A stretch of DNA of 35,081 nucleotides from positions 248,001 to 283,081 of the forward strand of contig JAWLHK010000002.1 of assembly GCA_041690355.1 (NCBI GenBank). The letters are read 5' to 3'. The position numbers were made by a program, and so were the translations under genes. The notes under the pieces were generated by a model that did no database searches, had not been told where the DNA came from, and saw only the letters and a program-made list of their open reading frames with translations. This DNA is from a bacterium. GTDB taxonomy: Bacteria > J088 > JAWLBW01. Shown here piece by piece: positions 1-9,041 of the stretch; the first letter of the stretch is position 1, and each line of letters begins with the position of its first letter.

Positions 1-751
1 CGTCCATGTATCCGGTCAGCGGGCTGAGCGTGATCGGCTCGAGGGTGATCGATTCTTCTTCGCCCGTCACCGTGAGCGTGCCCACGACCAGGGTCACCTG
101 CCCGGGATTCGAGGCGATGATGTTATAGCGGCCGGCGGGCACGTTGTCGAGGGTGAAGGAGCCGTCCGAAAGCGAAACCGTGCTGTAGGTGGGGAGGGGA
201 TTCGCCAGCGGACGCAGCGACGGCCGCGCGAGCATCTGCAGCACGGGAGCCGTCGAGGTCTCCGGATCGCGTATCGAGCCGTTTTTCTCGAGCGCGACTA
301 CGACGCCGCCCTCTTCGGTGGGGGTACGGTTGACGAGCCGCTGCACGACCGCGGTGCCGGTCACCTGAGAGCTGCGCGGCAGCAGCAGGCGCCGGTCGAG
401 TTCGACGCGCTCAGCCAGCGGGACCCGAACCTGCTCGGCGTATTCCTGGAACGACTTTACCGAATAGCGGACGGTGTACTCGCCGGGGACGATGCCCGTG
501 ATTTTAAAGGCACCGGCCTGATCGGTCTGCACCGTGTAGGTGTACTTTTCGTTCTGCAGAAGAACGTCGACCCCTGCGTAATCGGTCTCGCCCTGCAGTT
601 CGACGTAGCCGAACACCGAGGCCTTGGCCTGCTTTTCGGCCGGCGCGTTCGGATCGTAGGGGCCTTCATGTTCGAGGTCGAACGAGCAGGACGTCGAAAA
701 CAAAAACACCGCACTGAGCAGTGCGGCGGCAAAACGAGCCGTATTACGCAT
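1..751 (-). CDS. Lipoprotein with repeated carboxypeptidase-regulatory-like (beta-sandwich) domains; runs off the left edge
   Basis: Not in the ORF track; I translated it by hand from ATG at 751 (RBS GGGGAGGG): MRNTARFAAALLSAVFLFSTSCSFDLEHEGPYDPNAP... The frame is open to base 1. It has a lipobox-like STS-C and two motifs 'TDQAGAFKITGIVPGEY' and 'SDGSFTLDNVPAGRY'. Confidence 0.8.
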   Translation of the reverse strand, partial: MRNTARFAAALLSAVFLFSTSCSFDLEHEGPYDPNAPAEKQAKASVFGYVELQGETDYAGVDVLLQNEKYTYTVQTDQAGAFKITGIVPGEYTVRYSVKSFQEYAEQVRVPLAERVELDRRLLLPRSSQVTGTAVVQRLVNRTPTEEGGVVVALEKNGSIRDPETSTAPVLQMLARPSLRPLANPLPTYSTVSLSDGSFTLDNVPAGRYNIIASNPGQVTLVVGTLTVTGEEESITLEPITLSPLTGYMD

Positions 752-808
752 GGAACCCTCCCCAAGAGAATGCCGATCATTCTGGCATTTTCAAGGGGAG
801 CGCGCAAC

Positions 809-817
809 TTATCCACA
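809..817 (+). promoter_or_regulatory. Single consensus DnaA box
   Basis: TTATCCACA, an exact match to the DnaA box consensus, in the intergenic region upstream of the lipoprotein gene. Confidence 0.4.
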
Positions 818-882
818 GGTCGGATTGCAGAGTCCCGCGGGGGACAGTGCGGTCGGGCTCCGGCGGCCGGGGCGGTGGGAAA

Positions 883-1653
883 TCAGTACCTGCCGCCGAC
901 CAGGAGATAGATGGAATCCTGATGGAAGTTTTCCATCTCGAGGGTGAAGAAGACCTGGGGGGTGACGTCGTAATCGGCGCCGAGAACGATGCCGATCCAG
1001 TCGGCGGGGCGCGTGGTCTCTGTCGTATCGGCCCCGAGCGCCTCGCCTTGGGCGTCGGCGCGGCGATTGTAGTAGGTCCAGTTCCAGTCGAGCTTGGGGC
1101 CGCCGTAGAAGGTCACCCGCCCGTCCTTGCGAGAAAAGAGCACGCTCAGCTCGTTGTGCCAGGTCTGCGCCGTCATCTCGTGGCGGGTCGAGGATTCGGT
1201 GATCAGATTGACGGGTGAGCCTGTCTGGAACCGGCCGTTTCCGGAGCTGCGTTCATAGGAACTCTGCAGCACCACACCGACCCCGAAGCCGACCGATTCG
1301 CGCTGGATCAGCGGATCGATACGCAGCCCGAGTCCGAGCATGACCCCCAATCCGCCATCGAAATCGATCAGGTCGCGCGAACGATCGCCCAGCCCCAGCG
1401 TGAACATCGGCGACAGCCACGGGAGCACGCTGTACTGAGCCCGGGCGAGCAGGCGAACCGAGTTCTCTTCGTCATAGAGATTGGGGCTGAAATCGTCGCC
1501 GCGCACCTGCCGCGAGACGTAGCCGGCGCCGCCCATGATTGAGAAGCGGTGATCGGTCGTGTAGAGCGACGCCCCGGGCCCGCCGACGGGGAGGGCGTGG
1601 GCGGCCGTCGAGGCGGCCAGAAGCAGAACGAAAGCAGCCAGGATGCGAATCAT
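883..1653 (-). CDS. Outer-membrane beta-barrel protein
   Basis: Start reassigned to ATG at 1653 (GGAG RBS). Signal peptide MIRILAAFVLLLAASTAAHA, alternating amphipathic beta-strands, and a C-terminal aromatic beta-signal (YLLVGGRY). Confidence 0.75.
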   Translation of the reverse strand: MIRILAAFVLLLAASTAAHALPVGGPGASLYTTDHRFSIMGGAGYVSRQVRGDDFSPNLYDEENSVRLLARAQYSVLPWLSPMFTLGLGDRSRDLIDFDGGLGVMLGLGLRIDPLIQRESVGFGVGVVLQSSYERSSGNGRFQTGSPVNLITESSTRHEMTAQTWHNELSVLFSRKDGRVTFYGGPKLDWNWTYYNRRADAQGEALGADTTETTRPADWIGIVLGADYDVTPQVFFTLEMENFHQDSIYLLVGGRY

Positions 1654-1708
1654 GCAGGGTCTCCGGACCGCCCGCGAAAAGCACACGGCAGGGCGGGCGG
1701 TCTGCCCG

Positions 1709-4700
1709 TTATGCTACCAGAGATCGGGGCGCACCGGCGACCCGCGCGGCGATATCCATCGCGCGCCTTCGCAGCACGCGCAACCCGGCCGTGAAGAGCA
1801 GCAGCAGCGCGAACCCGCCCGGCCCGCCGTCGCGGGCGCCGCTGGCGCAGCTGCATCCTGCCGCTACCGCGTCGGGGCCGGGCTGAAGCGCAAGGGCAGT
1901 CGAGGCGTTACCCGTATTCTGATTGTCGTGGTGGAAGCCGGCCCACTGCACGGCGTTTTTTCCGTTCTGCTGCGCCGGGCCGCGGGTTTTCCACGCGAAG
2001 AGCCAGCCGTCACGGCTGTTCACGACGACGTCGAGGTAGCCGTCGCCGTCGACGTCGCCGACCGCCGGCGAGGCCACCAGCCACTGCCCGGTGAACTTGG
2101 GCCAGCCGCGGGGCCGCTCGCCGCGATGGTTCCACGCATGCAGCACGAAGCCGCCGCTGCCGTTGAGCACCTCGGCGCGGCCGTCGCCGTCGAGATCGGC
2201 AATCGCCGGATTCATGAAGAACTGGATGTCTTCCATGACCTGGGGAAAGCCGTCGAGCGGCTCGCCGGTCGCACCGCTGAAGCCGAGCAGAACGTGATCG
2301 CTATCGCGGCGCACGCCGTCGTTGGACATGCTTACGAGCATGTCCGTCGACACGCCCCCCACGAAGAAGTCGAGCACGCCGTCACCGTCGAGGTCGCCGA
2401 AGGAGCCGTTGTTGATGAGCACCGGCCAGGGCTTGGCGCGAAACGCGCCCCCCGAGCCCGCGTTGCTCTCGCCCCCCTGCGATCCCTGGTTGAACTTGAC
2501 CACCGTTTCGCCGCTGAAGTTCACGACGCCCAGCCCGCCAATCTGCGCCGTCTGCTGCAGGGCGATGTCGAGCGCGCCGTCGCCGTCGAGGTCGGCCAGG
2601 GCCACCGAGTTGGGCATGCCCCGACCCACGAACGGCAGGATGCTCGTGTGATTGGGAATCGCGCGGGGAAACCCTGCGGGCTGGGTTCCGTCGGCGCGAA
2701 AGGCATACAGGCGCGAAGAGCCGCTCGGGCCGGTCCAGTCGCTGTGGCAGTATGCGGGATACATTTCGGACGTTCCGAAGACGATCTCGGGGCGGCCGTC
2801 GCCGTCGATGTCGCCGACAGCGGGGGTGGCAATGAGCCGCGAACGGTAGCCGCCCCCCGGATAACTGCCGTCGTCGAGCTGCTGCAGCACGATGCGGCAA
2901 GCCTCGCTGTCGGGCGCGTCTACCTTGTCGTCTGGCGCGTCCATGGCTGCATCGCGCGCTTCGAGCGGGAAGGGCGCGACACGCTCTCCCGTGTGGTTGA
3001 AGAGGTAGACCTGGCCATCCATGGCCGCCGCGACAATCTCGAGCGTTCCGTCGCCGTCCATGTCGTAGAGGACGGGCGAGGCGAAGAATCCGTCGTCGAG
3101 AATCTGTACCGGGTTGGTATCGCTCCCCGACAGCGGATCGATGCGCGCCGGAAAGCCGTCGAGTACGTTCGCGTCGGGACCGAAGGCGTAGAGGTCGCCG
3201 TCGAGCGTGGCCGCCACGACTGCCACCCTGTGTCCGTCGAGCTTGCCGACGGCCGGGGTGGCGACAAATCCAGAGCGGGACGGCTCCATCGCGCCCGAGG
3301 CATATCCGGGGCTGCCGGAGATCTGCTTCGACGATTCCTTGCCGTCGAAGGGGTCTCTCAGCCGCGTGGTCGCGGGCCAGCCCGGCAGCAGCTTTCCGGC
3401 TCCGTCGTAGGCATGCACCGTGCCGTCGGCGAGCGCGACGATGATTTCAAAGACGCCGTCGCCGTCGAGATCGGCAAGTTTCGGCGAGGCCTCTCCCGAG
3501 TTCCCCAGATAGAGCGGAAAACCGGGGCGGGTATCCGGATCGCGGCGCAGATAGACGGTCTTCCGGTATTCTCCGACATTGCCGCGATCGTCGGTGACGC
3601 GCAGGCGCAGCGTGAACGTGAACTGATTCGTCTTCGTCCGGTTGTCGGCCGAGGTGATCGGGCCGTAGTCGCGGGCCGCATCGAAAGCCACTTTCGTCAG
3701 ATCCCATACACCGAATTCGGTCGTCCGTTCCGTGCCTTCTCCGGAGGCGATCACCTCGGTAAACCCGTCGACCGGCGGCGTGATGCCGGGCGCATAGGCG
3801 AGCTCCCAGGTATAACGGTCGGCGCGGGGGGCGTCGGCGAATCCGCGCACGGCTACCTGCGGCGTGCGCGCCGGGTCGAGCACTTCGAACCAGCCTGGCG
3901 CGTTGATCTCGGCCTCGGGGGGAATCTTGCCGTCGGCCATCAGCTTCAGCGAATTGAATGCATTCGTGCGGCCGTAGCCGAAGTACTGGTCCCATCCCTC
4001 CTGGCTGGGAAAACGCTGCGGGTCGCCGGCCGCGCGCGGGTCATGGATGTCATCGGCGCCGGCCCGCAGCAGCTGGCCGACCTCGTTGGCGGTCAGCGGC
4101 AGCAGATCGTGCTGCCGGGCATAGCTGTAGAGCAGCCCCGCCACCCCGGCCGTCGATTTCACGGCTCCCGACGAACAGCTGGTTGACGGCGTGCTCAGAA
4201 AGAGATGCCCGCCGTAGTTCGTGCAGTTTGAGAAGCTCATGAACGTAAGCGGCGGCGAGTCGCGAAGGTCGCCGGGGGATACGTCGGGCACCACGGCGTG
4301 CACCATGAGCGTATGCTCGCCCGCCGAGATCGGAAAATGGTGCATGCTCGTCTCGTCGGCGGCCGACATGATGGCGACGACGTTCTTCTCGAAGGCGTAG
4401 TCGATGGCCGCCTGCGCAAAGCGGCTCCCCGTCAGCGGGCCGAGTGCGCTCTGGATGACGCTGGCGCCGTTGTCGACAGCGAAAACGATCCCCTGGGCCA
4501 GATTGTTGCTGTCGGCCACGAACGAATCGCTCACGCGGACATGGAGGACCATGCAGTCGGGGCAGACCCCCGGATCGCCGATGCCGTTGTCGGCCTCGCC
4601 TCCCGAGCCGCGGGCCTCGCCGGTGCCATGTGAGTAGCGCGTGTCGTCATAGGGGTCGTTGTCGTCCCAGAAGAAATCCCATCCGCTGATGTCGTCGACG

Positions 4701-5323
4701 TAGCCGTTGCCGTCGCCGTCGCTGCCCGCCAGGGCGAGAAAGGCGGGGTCCGACGCATGGATCAGATCGCTCGGATCAAGCAGTCCGTCAGCGTAGTCTA
4801 CGCCGTCGGTGGGGCTGACGCGGCTGTCGCAGCGGAAATCACGGATGTTGAAGACGCCGTCGTGGTTGACGTCATACTCCGTTCCCGACTGGCTCCACAC
4901 GGCGGCATCGGTGCAGTCGGTGATGTCGCCCGGGCTGTCGACGCCAGGATGCATGGCGACAGGGTCGACCTGCGGCGGCGGGAGCTCGCCCCGGTTCAGA
5001 TAGTGCTTGTTGACGGTGTCCCGATCGTCCCATTGGAATCCCGAATCGAAAACGGCGATGAGAACCGCCGGGTCGCCCGAGGTGAACTGCTGCCAGGCCG
5101 TATCCAGGTGCATGCCGCTTCCCAGGCCGCGTTCATAATCCGACAGCCGGCTCAGGTCTACTCCGGTCGGAAAACCGGAAAGCAGATCCCAGTCGCCGAG
5201 GTCGTCATAGCTCAGGTCATCGGGGACGCGCTGCTCCTCATGCAGCCGCGCGGGAAATTTCGCCTCGGCGGCAGAGGCGGCAGTCAGCATCAGCAGGGCG
5301 GCAATGAGGGGGCGGATTCGCAT
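1709..5323 (-). CDS. Secreted S8 subtilase-like protease with FG-GAP/VCBS repeats and a MYXO-CTERM-like sorting signal
   Basis: ATG at 5323 (GGAG RBS) and a signal peptide. Motifs IAVFDSG (Asp), SHGT (His) and SCSSGA (Ser region); DxDGNGYVDDISGWDF; many DLDGDG repeats; C-terminal GCSC + hydrophobic stretch + RRR. Confidence 0.85.
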   Translation of the reverse strand: MRIRPLIAALLMLTAASAAEAKFPARLHEEQRVPDDLSYDDLGDWDLLSGFPTGVDLSRLSDYERGLGSGMHLDTAWQQFTSGDPAVLIAVFDSGFQWDDRDTVNKHYLNRGELPPPQVDPVAMHPGVDSPGDITDCTDAAVWSQSGTEYDVNHDGVFNIRDFRCDSRVSPTDGVDYADGLLDPSDLIHASDPAFLALAGSDGDGNGYVDDISGWDFFWDDNDPYDDTRYSHGTGEARGSGGEADNGIGDPGVCPDCMVLHVRVSDSFVADSNNLAQGIVFAVDNGASVIQSALGPLTGSRFAQAAIDYAFEKNVVAIMSAADETSMHHFPISAGEHTLMVHAVVPDVSPGDLRDSPPLTFMSFSNCTNYGGHLFLSTPSTSCSSGAVKSTAGVAGLLYSYARQHDLLPLTANEVGQLLRAGADDIHDPRAAGDPQRFPSQEGWDQYFGYGRTNAFNSLKLMADGKIPPEAEINAPGWFEVLDPARTPQVAVRGFADAPRADRYTWELAYAPGITPPVDGFTEVIASGEGTERTTEFGVWDLTKVAFDAARDYGPITSADNRTKTNQFTFTLRLRVTDDRGNVGEYRKTVYLRRDPDTRPGFPLYLGNSGEASPKLADLDGDGVFEIIVALADGTVHAYDGAGKLLPGWPATTRLRDPFDGKESSKQISGSPGYASGAMEPSRSGFVATPAVGKLDGHRVAVVAATLDGDLYAFGPDANVLDGFPARIDPLSGSDTNPVQILDDGFFASPVLYDMDGDGTLEIVAAAMDGQVYLFNHTGERVAPFPLEARDAAMDAPDDKVDAPDSEACRIVLQQLDDGSYPGGGYRSRLIATPAVGDIDGDGRPEIVFGTSEMYPAYCHSDWTGPSGSSRLYAFRADGTQPAGFPRAIPNHTSILPFVGRGMPNSVALADLDGDGALDIALQQTAQIGGLGVVNFSGETVVKFNQGSQGGESNAGSGGAFRAKPWPVLINNGSFGDLDGDGVLDFFVGGVSTDMLVSMSNDGVRRDSDHVLLGFSGATGEPLDGFPQVMEDIQFFMNPAIADLDGDGRAEVLNGSGGFVLHAWNHRGERPRGWPKFTGQWLVASPAVGDVDGDGYLDVVVNSRDGWLFAWKTRGPAQQNGKNAVQWAGFHHDNQNTGNASTALALQPGPDAVAAGCSCASGARDGGPGGFALLLLFTAGLRVLRRRAMDIAARVAGAPRSLVA

Positions 5324-5419
5324 GGGCAGCTCCGGGAATGTCGCCACATGTTAGCGCATGACTCACTAAGGCGGCAACTGCGGGGGCAGGGCCGAGCCTG
5401 CCGAGGATGCGGGTGGAAC

Positions 5420-5441
5420 TGATATAATGAATGACGATTCA
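5420..5441 (+). promoter_or_regulatory. Extended -10 promoter of the thiolase gene with an overlapping palindrome
   Basis: TGATATAAT (5420-5428) is a perfect TGn-TATAAT. TGAAT-GACG-ATTCA lies at 5428-5441. Confidence 0.6.
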
Positions 5442-5490
5442 GTCGGTAGCCTCGCGCGCCGAACCACAGACCTGGGAAAGGAAGACCACC

Positions 5491-6642
5491 ATGTCCGAAG
5501 CCGTCATTGTCGACTTCGTTCGCACCGCGATGGGAAAACGCAAGGGGAGCCTGAGCGGCGTCCATCCCGTCGATCTCGCCAGCCTGCCGCTCAAGGCACT
5601 TCTCGAGCGCACGAAAATCGATCCGGCGCTCATTGAAGATGTCATCATGGGCTGCGTGACCCAGACGGGAGAGCAGGGGATGAACATCGCGCGTGGCGCC
5701 GCGCTGGCCGCCGACCTGCCCATCGAAGTCCCGGGCGTCGTGCTGAACCGTTTCTGCGGTTCGGGGCAGCAGGCCGTCAACCAGGCGGCTCAGGCCGTGC
5801 TCTCGGGCGCGCAGGACGTCGTGGTGGCCTCGGGCGTCGAGCACATGACGCGCGCGCCGATGGGTTCGGATGCGCCCGGGCCGCTCGGCTCGCGCATGAC
5901 CGATCGCTTTCCCGATCTCGTGCCGCAGGGCCTGTCGGCCGAGATGATCGCCGATAAGTGGGGCTTCAGCCGCGAACGCCTCGATGAGTTCGCCTACGAA
6001 AGCCAGATGAAGGCGAAGAAGGCGTGGGACGAGCAGCGCTTCGCGAAGGAGATCGTGCCCGTCGCCGTCAAGAACGAAGACGGCTCGACGCGGATGTTCG
6101 AGAAGGACGAGCACTTTCGCCCGTCGACGACCCCCGAGGGGCTCGCTGCGCTGCAGCCCGCCTTCAAGCCCGAGGGCAAGATCACGGCCGGCAACAGCTC
6201 GGGCATCGTCGACGGCGCCGCTGCCGTTCTCATCGTGTCGGACGCCAAGGCCAGAGAGCTCGGCCTCAAGCCGCGCGCCCGCATCGTGGCGCAGGCGGTG
6301 GTGGGCAGCGAACCGGTCATCATGCTCACGGGCCCCATTCCCGCTTCGCAGAAGGTGCTCAGCAAGGCCGGCCTCAAGGCGCATGATATCGACCGCTGGG
6401 AAATCAACGAAGCCTTCGCCTCGGTTCCTCTCGCCACCATGCATGATCTGGACATCGATCCCGCCAAGGTCAACGTCTGGGGCGGCGCCATCGCCCTCGG
6501 TCATCCGCTGGGGGCCAGCGGGGCGCGCCTGATCGGCACGCTCGTCAACCAGCTCGAGCAGGACAACCTGCGCTATGGGCTCGCGACGATGTGCATCGGC
6601 TATGGGATGGGCATTGCGACCATCGTCGAACGCATCGGGTGA
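5491..6642 (+). CDS. Thiolase (acetyl-CoA C-acyltransferase, FadA/AtoB family)
   Basis: Start ATG at 5491 (MSEAVIVDFVRT). Catalytic motifs NRFCGSG, NEAF, GHPLGASG and CIGYGMG. Confidence 0.95.
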   Translation: MSEAVIVDFVRTAMGKRKGSLSGVHPVDLASLPLKALLERTKIDPALIEDVIMGCVTQTGEQGMNIARGAALAADLPIEVPGVVLNRFCGSGQQAVNQAAQAVLSGAQDVVVASGVEHMTRAPMGSDAPGPLGSRMTDRFPDLVPQGLSAEMIADKWGFSRERLDEFAYESQMKAKKAWDEQRFAKEIVPVAVKNEDGSTRMFEKDEHFRPSTTPEGLAALQPAFKPEGKITAGNSSGIVDGAAAVLIVSDAKARELGLKPRARIVAQAVVGSEPVIMLTGPIPASQKVLSKAGLKAHDIDRWEINEAFASVPLATMHDLDIDPAKVNVWGGAIALGHPLGASGARLIGTLVNQLEQDNLRYGLATMCIGYGMGIATIVERIG

Positions 6643-6679
6643 GCCTATGCTGCCGGGAACGCATCCGGCGCTTCGAAAC

Positions 6680-6722
6680 AGAGAGCCCGCGGCGCCGGAA
6701 GGTGCCGCGGGCTCTCTTTCTG
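6680..6722 (+). terminator. Intrinsic terminator after the thiolase
   Basis: AGAGAGCCCGCGGCGCC-GGAA-GGTGCCGCGGGCTCTCT: 17-bp stem with one G-U pair, GNRA loop, followed by TTCTG. Confidence 0.8.
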
Positions 6723-6933
6723 CCGTTCACGTTTCGTTTGCCGTCTTTCTGCGCTGAAGGTTTCCCGGAGGATCAAGGCGCTGCGTGGCGTCGCAGGCAA
6801 CCGAAAAACAGGGCGGGCCTCGCGAGTGTCGGGTCCGGTCCGGGCGGGGGCCGGAATTCCGGTTCCTATAATCGACCGCGCGGTAGGCGCACAAGCGGGC
6901 ACCCGCGCCGAGGGCGTTCGCCGACCGTTCTGC

Positions 6934-6962
6934 TTGCGGAAGTCCACAGAAATCAATAGGAT
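6934..6962 (+). promoter_or_regulatory. Possible sigma70 promoter
   Basis: TTGCGG-N17-TAGGAT just upstream of the ATG at 6980. Confidence 0.35.
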
Positions 6963-6979
6963 AAGGGATAGGGATTTTT

Positions 6980-8518
6980 ATGCCTGTCGACCAGAAATTT
7001 CTGGACGGGCGGGATCTGCCCGAGATTTTCGCGCAGATTTTCCGGGGCCGTCTCACCGGCATGTTGTTTGCCGAACGCATGAAGTACAAACGCTGTGTGT
7101 ACTTCCGCGACGGCGCGGCCATTTTCGCGACGTCGAATCTGAGCGAAGACAAAATCGGCAAGATCCTGTTCACCCAGGGCAAGGTGGGCATGGACCAGCT
7201 GCTCGAGGCGCTCGACGCGGCCAAGACGGGCAAGAAGCGTCTGGGGTCGGTGCTCGTCGAGAAGAACTACATCTCGGCGAAAGACCTTTTTGAAGCCGTC
7301 GTGCTTCAGGTCGAGCAGATCATCTACTCGCTTTTCCGCGCCGACTGGAGCGACGCCCGCTACTCATTCGATCCGTCAAGCGATTTCGGTGACGAGGTCA
7401 TCCGTCTGTCGCTGCAGCCGGCCGAGGTGCTGATTCGCGGCATCCGCCTGAGCTACGACGCTGAGCGCGTCCAGCACAGCGCCGGGTCGCCGGCCGGCGT
7501 CTATCTCTACGACACGACCACGGTGTTGAACGTCGACAAGATGAACCTGAGTCAGGCTGAAAAGGCCTTCTGCAACGCCATCGACGGTCAGACGAGCGCC
7601 GAGCGCCTGATGACGCAGACGGGGGTGGCCCCCGCCGACGCTTACAGCATCCTTCTCGGCCTGACCATGCTCGGGTACATCCAGCCGCGTGCGGGGGCCG
7701 TCGCCCATCCTCCGGTTGCGGCCGGAGCTGCAGCCGCTGCCGCCGAAGCGCCGCTCGAGCTGGAACTTGCCAGTCCCGAACCGGCCGCCCAGCCCGTACG
7801 CAAAGCCGCCAGGCCTGCCCAGACGCGCACGCTCAACGTCAGCTCCCGCGGGGCCCCGAGCGCGGCCGAACTCAAAGCCGAGGCGACGCGTCTGCGTCTA
7901 GTGAATTACTATGATCGGCTCGGCATCGATCGTGCTGCTGATAGCCAGGCGCTGATGCAGGCCTTTGCCGCCCTGCGCCGGAAATATGCAGACGAGCTGA
8001 CTGAGGAGCTGCGCGCCGCCGCTCTGCCCGCGCTGACGATGGTTACCGACGCGCACAGAGTGCTCGCGGTCGATGTCACCCGGCGCATTTACGACAAGCT
8101 TCTCGACGAGGGGAACACGCCCGCCGAGGCCGAGTTGAAGTACCGTGTGCGCGCGGCTCATCTCCGTTACGAAGAGGGGATCAAGTCGTGGGAGAGCCGG
8201 CTGTTCGACAATGCGGAGTTCGCCTTTCGCGAGGCGATTTCGTATGCGCCGACGCGCCCCGACTACCTCTTCGCGCTCGGGCTGGCTCTCGCCGCGCAGG
8301 ACAAAGGGGCCCCCGCCTACGATGAGGTCGAGTCGGTTTTCGCCAAGGCGGCTGCATTGCAGAGCGACCATCCGCGCGGTCATTATTATCTGGGCACCGT
8401 CTACCGGATGCGCGGCGAGACCGAGAAGGCGATTCGTGCATATCAGAAGGCGCTCGCGTTGGATTCCCGTTACCAGCCGGCGCGCGACGGGTTGGAGGCA
8501 TGCGGCGTGACCGCGTGA
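6980..8518 (+). CDS. DUF4388-like / degenerate J-domain / TPR protein
   Basis: N-terminal 'LPEIFAQIFRGRLTGML..KRCVYFRDG..FATSN..KIGKIL..GKKRLGSVLVE' is DUF4388-like. J-like segment NYYDRLGI. C-terminal TPRs (GHYYLGTVYRMRGETEKAIRAYQKALALD). Confidence 0.8.
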   Translation: MPVDQKFLDGRDLPEIFAQIFRGRLTGMLFAERMKYKRCVYFRDGAAIFATSNLSEDKIGKILFTQGKVGMDQLLEALDAAKTGKKRLGSVLVEKNYISAKDLFEAVVLQVEQIIYSLFRADWSDARYSFDPSSDFGDEVIRLSLQPAEVLIRGIRLSYDAERVQHSAGSPAGVYLYDTTTVLNVDKMNLSQAEKAFCNAIDGQTSAERLMTQTGVAPADAYSILLGLTMLGYIQPRAGAVAHPPVAAGAAAAAAEAPLELELASPEPAAQPVRKAARPAQTRTLNVSSRGAPSAAELKAEATRLRLVNYYDRLGIDRAADSQALMQAFAALRRKYADELTEELRAAALPALTMVTDAHRVLAVDVTRRIYDKLLDEGNTPAEAELKYRVRAAHLRYEEGIKSWESRLFDNAEFAFREAISYAPTRPDYLFALGLALAAQDKGAPAYDEVESVFAKAAALQSDHPRGHYYLGTVYRMRGETEKAIRAYQKALALDSRYQPARDGLEACGVTA

Positions 8519-8531
8519 CAGGAGTGCAGGC

Positions 8532-9041
8532 ATGATTCTCGACATTGTGGAATTTCCGGACGAACGGTTGCGCCAGGTGAGCGAACCCGTCGACGTTTTC
8601 GACGATGCCCTGAAGACGCTCGTCGACAACATGTTCGCGACCATGTACGATGCGCCCGGCGTCGGGCTTGCCGCGATTCAGATCGGTGTGGCCAGGCGCC
8701 TCATGGTCATCGACGTTCAGCCTGACGACCGCCCGCAGCCGCTGGTCTTCGTCAATCCCGAGATTCTTTCGTCCGACGGCGAGGTCTCCTGGGAAGAAGG
8801 CTGCCTGAGCGTGCCCGGCTTCACCGCCCCCGTGCAGCGGCACGAACGAGTGCGAGTGCGTGCCCAGGACGTGACCGGCAAGCCCTTCGAGATGGAGGCC
8901 GACGGCCTGCTCGCAATCGCCATCCAGCATGAAAAGGATCACCTCGACGGCGTGCTCTTCGTCGATCACCTGAGCCGCATGCGCCGCCAGATGTTCCTCA
9001 AGCGCTATCACAAGCTGCACGGGAAACGGCTTTCGGCATGA
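8532..9041 (+). CDS. def: Peptide deformylase
   Basis: Motifs GVGLAAIQIG, EGCLS and QHEKDHLDG; AGGAG RBS. Confidence 0.97.
   Translation: MILDIVEFPDERLRQVSEPVDVFDDALKTLVDNMFATMYDAPGVGLAAIQIGVARRLMVIDVQPDDRPQPLVFVNPEILSSDGEVSWEEGCLSVPGFTAPVQRHERVRVRAQDVTGKPFEMEADGLLAIAIQHEKDHLDGVLFVDHLSRMRRQMFLKRYHKLHGKRLSA

Noticed and set aside
752-882. oriC
   Set aside because: Only one DnaA box, no AT-rich unwinding element and no origin-associated genes.
1643-4186. 847-aa plus-strand ORF
   Set aside because: Antisense shadow of the S8/FG-GAP gene with no motifs. Long antisense ORFs are expected with high GC3 codon bias.
5351-5369. Imperfect palindrome TTAG-N11-CTAA upstream of the protease gene
   Set aside because: Too short and degenerate to call as an operator without comparative data.
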